Below are positions 49,380-52,285 of a stretch of 52,285 nt of DNA, piece after piece. The position numbers were made by a program, and so were the translations under genes. Origin of the DNA: Fidelibacterota bacterium (GTDB taxonomy: Bacteria; Fidelibacterota; Marinisomatia; Marinisomatales; S15-B10); contig JBHIAI010000003.1 in NCBI GenBank assembly GCA_046861655.1, positions 1 to 52,285 on the forward strand. The letters are read 5' to 3'. Under the pieces are notes generated by a model that saw only the letters and a list, made by a program, of their open reading frames with translations, made no database searches and was not told where the DNA came from. The stretch's first letter is position 1; every line of letters begins with the position of its first letter.

Positions 49380-51426
49380 TCTGTTAACCCTTCTGGTCTC
49401 CATGATTGTGTCTCTCCAGTGCAGGGAGGGAGTGAAAGAACGTGTGGATATCTCTTCGCCCGACGGACAGATCACAGTTATCTTCACCCTTGACCGAAGT
49501 GGGGTACCCACCTACCGGGTCAAGCGGGTCGATCGGGACATCATAAGGCCGTCCAAATTGGGATTCAGCTTCAAGGATGCTCCGCCTTTGGACCGGAATA
49601 TGGTCATTGTGGGACAGGACACGAGCCACTATGACGGGATCTGGACTCAGCCCTGGGGTGAGGTTACCGACATCAGAAACCGTTATACCCAGGTAACGGT
49701 TCGGCTTGAGGAGAGGTCCGAGACCCCCCGGAGGATGGACCTGGTGTTCCGAGTCTACGATGATGGGATAGGGTTTCGGTACGAGGTGCCCGAGCAGGAT
49801 TTTCTGGAATCGGTTCAAATCACCGATGAGCACACCGAGTTCAGTCTCGCTGGCAATCATAAGGCGTGGTGGATCAAGGCGTACCAGTGGAACCGGTATG
49901 AATATCTCTACCAATCCTCCCGCATCAGCCGAATGGACACCGTTCATACTCCCCTCACTATGGAGACCCGTGATGGACTTTTCTTAAGCATTCACGAAGC
50001 TGCCCTCACCGATTATTCCAGCATGACACTGGCCCGGACCGGCAGGACCAAACTGGAGTGCGATCTGGTCCCATGGTCCGACGGAACCAAAGTGAAAACC
50101 ACAACCCCGTTTGTCACCCCCTGGCGTACCGTACAGATTTCGGAACAGGCAGGGGATCTCATCACATCCTATCTGATCTTAAATCTGAACGAACCCAGCA
50201 AACTTGAGGACGTGTCGTGGATCAAACCCGGGAAATATGTGGGTATCTGGTGGGGCATGCATATCGGGACATTTACCTGGGGATCGGGGCCGAAACACGG
50301 TGCCACGACCGAGAACGTGAAACGATACATCGATTTTGCATCCGAACACGGCTTTTCCGGTGTACTGGTAGAGGGATGGAATCGAGGCTGGGACGGCAAC
50401 TGGATGGAAAACAGCGACATTTTTGAATTCACCACACCGTACGACGATTTTGACATGGAGGAACTCAGCCGGTATGCCGCATCGAAAGGGGTGAAGATCA
50501 TCGGCCACCATGAGACCTCCACAGGCATTGAAAACTATGAACGGCAGGTGGACGATGCCTTCCGGTACTACGGCCGTCATGGGATCAACACGGTGAAGAC
50601 AGGATACGTCGGTTTCGGACAGAATATTATCCCTGTGGGGGATACCGTGGGTGCCAGGGAGTGGCATCACGGCCAGTATATGGTCAGGCACTACCGGAAG
50701 ATTGTCAAGAAAGCTGCTCAACATAGGATCATGCTGGATGTTCATGAACCCATCAAGCCTACGGGGATCAGACGAACCTATCCCAACATGCTGACCCGGG
50801 AAGGGGCTCGAGGTCAGGAATACAATGCCTGGAGTGAAGACGGGGGGAATCCTCCCGAACACACCACCATACTGCCCTTTACCCGCCTGCTGGGCGGCCC
50901 CATGGATTTTACCCCCGGCATTTTTGACCTAACCTTCGAACAGGCGGACCGACCCGAGAACCGGGTCAACACCACACTGGCGAAGCAACTGGCCCTGTAT
51001 GTTGTTATCTACAGCCCTCTGCAAATGGCGGCCGACCTCCCTGAAAACTATGAAAACCAGCCAGCCTTTCAATTCATCATGGATGTACCCGCCGACTGGC
51101 AGGAGACAAGAGTGTTGCATGCCCAAATCGGTGATTATGTGACCATCGCCCGCAAGGATCGAAACAGTGATGACTGGTACATCGGCAGTATCACCGATGA
51201 AAACGGGCGGTCACTTGAAGCACCGTTAACCTTTCTCGACGCTCACCGGAAGTACGTGGCTGAGATATACAGGGACGCCGCTGGCGCCCACTGGGAAACC
51301 AACCCACTGGCTGTGGATATTTCCCGGACCACGGTCGACCGGAACACCACCCGCGAACTGACTCTGGCTCCAGGAGGGGGACAGGCTATCCGGCTTCGCC
51401 CTGACATTCAGGAGGGAAATCCATGA
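49357..51426 (+). CDS. GH97 alpha-glucosidase (SusB-like)
   Basis: GTG start after AAGGAG; SWIKPGKYVGIWW, LVEGWN, GHHET, VKTGYV, VHEPIKPTG..RTYPN..REGARGQEYNAW, PFTRLLGGPMDFTPG, SPLQMAADLP. Confidence 0.93.
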   Translation: MKLHTPSSLLTLLVSMIVSLQCREGVKERVDISSPDGQITVIFTLDRSGVPTYRVKRVDRDIIRPSKLGFSFKDAPPLDRNMVIVGQDTSHYDGIWTQPWGEVTDIRNRYTQVTVRLEERSETPRRMDLVFRVYDDGIGFRYEVPEQDFLESVQITDEHTEFSLAGNHKAWWIKAYQWNRYEYLYQSSRISRMDTVHTPLTMETRDGLFLSIHEAALTDYSSMTLARTGRTKLECDLVPWSDGTKVKTTTPFVTPWRTVQISEQAGDLITSYLILNLNEPSKLEDVSWIKPGKYVGIWWGMHIGTFTWGSGPKHGATTENVKRYIDFASEHGFSGVLVEGWNRGWDGNWMENSDIFEFTTPYDDFDMEELSRYAASKGVKIIGHHETSTGIENYERQVDDAFRYYGRHGINTVKTGYVGFGQNIIPVGDTVGAREWHHGQYMVRHYRKIVKKAAQHRIMLDVHEPIKPTGIRRTYPNMLTREGARGQEYNAWSEDGGNPPEHTTILPFTRLLGGPMDFTPGIFDLTFEQADRPENRVNTTLAKQLALYVVIYSPLQMAADLPENYENQPAFQFIMDVPADWQETRVLHAQIGDYVTIARKDRNSDDWYIGSITDENGRSLEAPLTFLDAHRKYVAEIYRDAAGAHWETNPLAVDISRTTVDRNTTRELTLAPGGGQAIRLRPDIQEGNP

Positions 51427-52285
51427 AACGAACCCGGTTCTCGCTTATTGTCCTGGCACTGTCCGTATGTCTGAAGGCTCAAGTTGTACCCCAACCCCTC
51501 CCCCTGTTCGAGGAAAACAGAGACAACCTTCCCCGCCCCATTCTTGAAAGTCATCCCGACTGGATTGACATGTATTGGAAGTGCTGGGAAATCGCGTTCA
51601 GGGGATTCAAGCAGCCTGAAGAGGGGTCTCCCTTTGTTTCCAACTGGCTGGACGAAGCCTTCAGTCCCAACGTATTCCAGTGGGACACGATCTTTATGAT
51701 AATGTTCGCTCGGTACGGCCACGATGTCTTTCCCTCCATTCAGTCTCTGGACAACTTCTACGCTCTTCAACGGGAAAGTGGGTACATCTGCCGGGAGATC
51801 CGGGAAAAAGACGGGGCATTTATCCACTTTGCAGACGGCGATTTGTTCCATCCCACGGGATGGAAAAACACCATAAATCCTCCCCTCTTCAGCTGGGCGG
51901 AGGTGGAATCGTTCAGAATCACCGGGGACAAGTCCCGTTTTGAAGAGGTGCTGCCGGTCTTGGAGAAATACGCTGGGTGGCTTGATCGCGACGGGGATCC
52001 CGATGCCACGGACTGGGAAGCCAACGGCCGGCGTTCCGTAAGGTCTGTGCACAAGCTTTACTGGAATACGCCGCTGGGAAGCGGAATGGACAATACTCCT
52101 CGACCGACGGAGAAGGGTAGCGGCTGGGTGGAAATGTCATCCCAGATGGCCATCATGTACGAGAACCTGGCCATCATGGCCGATGAATTGGGGAAAACCG
52201 AAAAAGCGGTACTTTACCGCCAGAGGGCAAAAGAGATCGGGGAGCGGGTGAATCGATGGTGTTGGAATGAAGACGACGGACTCTA
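51423..52285 (+). CDS. GH63/MGH1-like (trehalase-like) (alpha/alpha)6 glycoside hydrolase, 3'-truncated by window edge
   Basis: Not in the ORF track (no stop in window). ATG 51423 reads MKRTRFSLIVLALSVCLKA (signal), then YWKCWEIAF, FQWDTIF, LDNFY..GYICREI, NPPLFSWAE, GSGMDNTPR. Confidence 0.8.
   Translation, partial: MKRTRFSLIVLALSVCLKAQVVPQPLPLFEENRDNLPRPILESHPDWIDMYWKCWEIAFRGFKQPEEGSPFVSNWLDEAFSPNVFQWDTIFMIMFARYGHDVFPSIQSLDNFYALQRESGYICREIREKDGAFIHFADGDLFHPTGWKNTINPPLFSWAEVESFRITGDKSRFEEVLPVLEKYAGWLDRDGDPDATDWEANGRRSVRSVHKLYWNTPLGSGMDNTPRPTEKGSGWVEMSSQMAIMYENLAIMADELGKTEKAVLYRQRAKEIGERVNRWCWNEDDGL

Overview
Chromosomal window from an FCB-group bacterium. SusC/SusD, DUF721/DciA and the gene context suggest a Marinimicrobia-like lineage, but the taxon is an inference. 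Left ~14.5 kb is the replication-origin region: 3' end of mnmG, a perfect parS palindrome (780-795), mfd, two periplasmic PPIase/SurA chaperones, a putative oriC (DnaA boxes, DnaA-trios, AT-rich unwinding element and an apparent C-to-G skew switch) lying directly upstream of dnaN with no adjacent dnaA, then dnaN-dciA-gyrB-gyrA-yggS, a degenerate PNP-like gene and a sigma54-type hsp20. From 14.8 kb to the end is a large carbohydrate locus that is unusually rich in redox parts. It holds DoxX, a Tat-type Gfo/Idh/MocA oxidoreductase with a candidate flavinylation motif, an MFS symporter, a second Gfo/Idh/MocA, DUF1080, an antisense ApbE and a Tat TIM-barrel protein (together resembling a 3-keto-glycoside pathway). 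It continues with a sugar ABC transporter lacking its ATPase, GH130, an orphan putative (alpha/alpha)-barrel protein, a membrane multiheme cytochrome flanked by two FG-GAP/ASPIC-UnbV proteins, SusC/SusD behind a structured leader, three more ASPIC-UnbV proteins, GH97 and a partial GH63-like enzyme. The best candidate for an undescribed system is this redox-coupled glycan-utilisation machinery, especially the ASPIC-UnbV/multiheme cytochrome triad and the DoxX/flavinylated-oxidoreductase/ApbE module. All product calls come from motif recognition by eye; no database searches were run.
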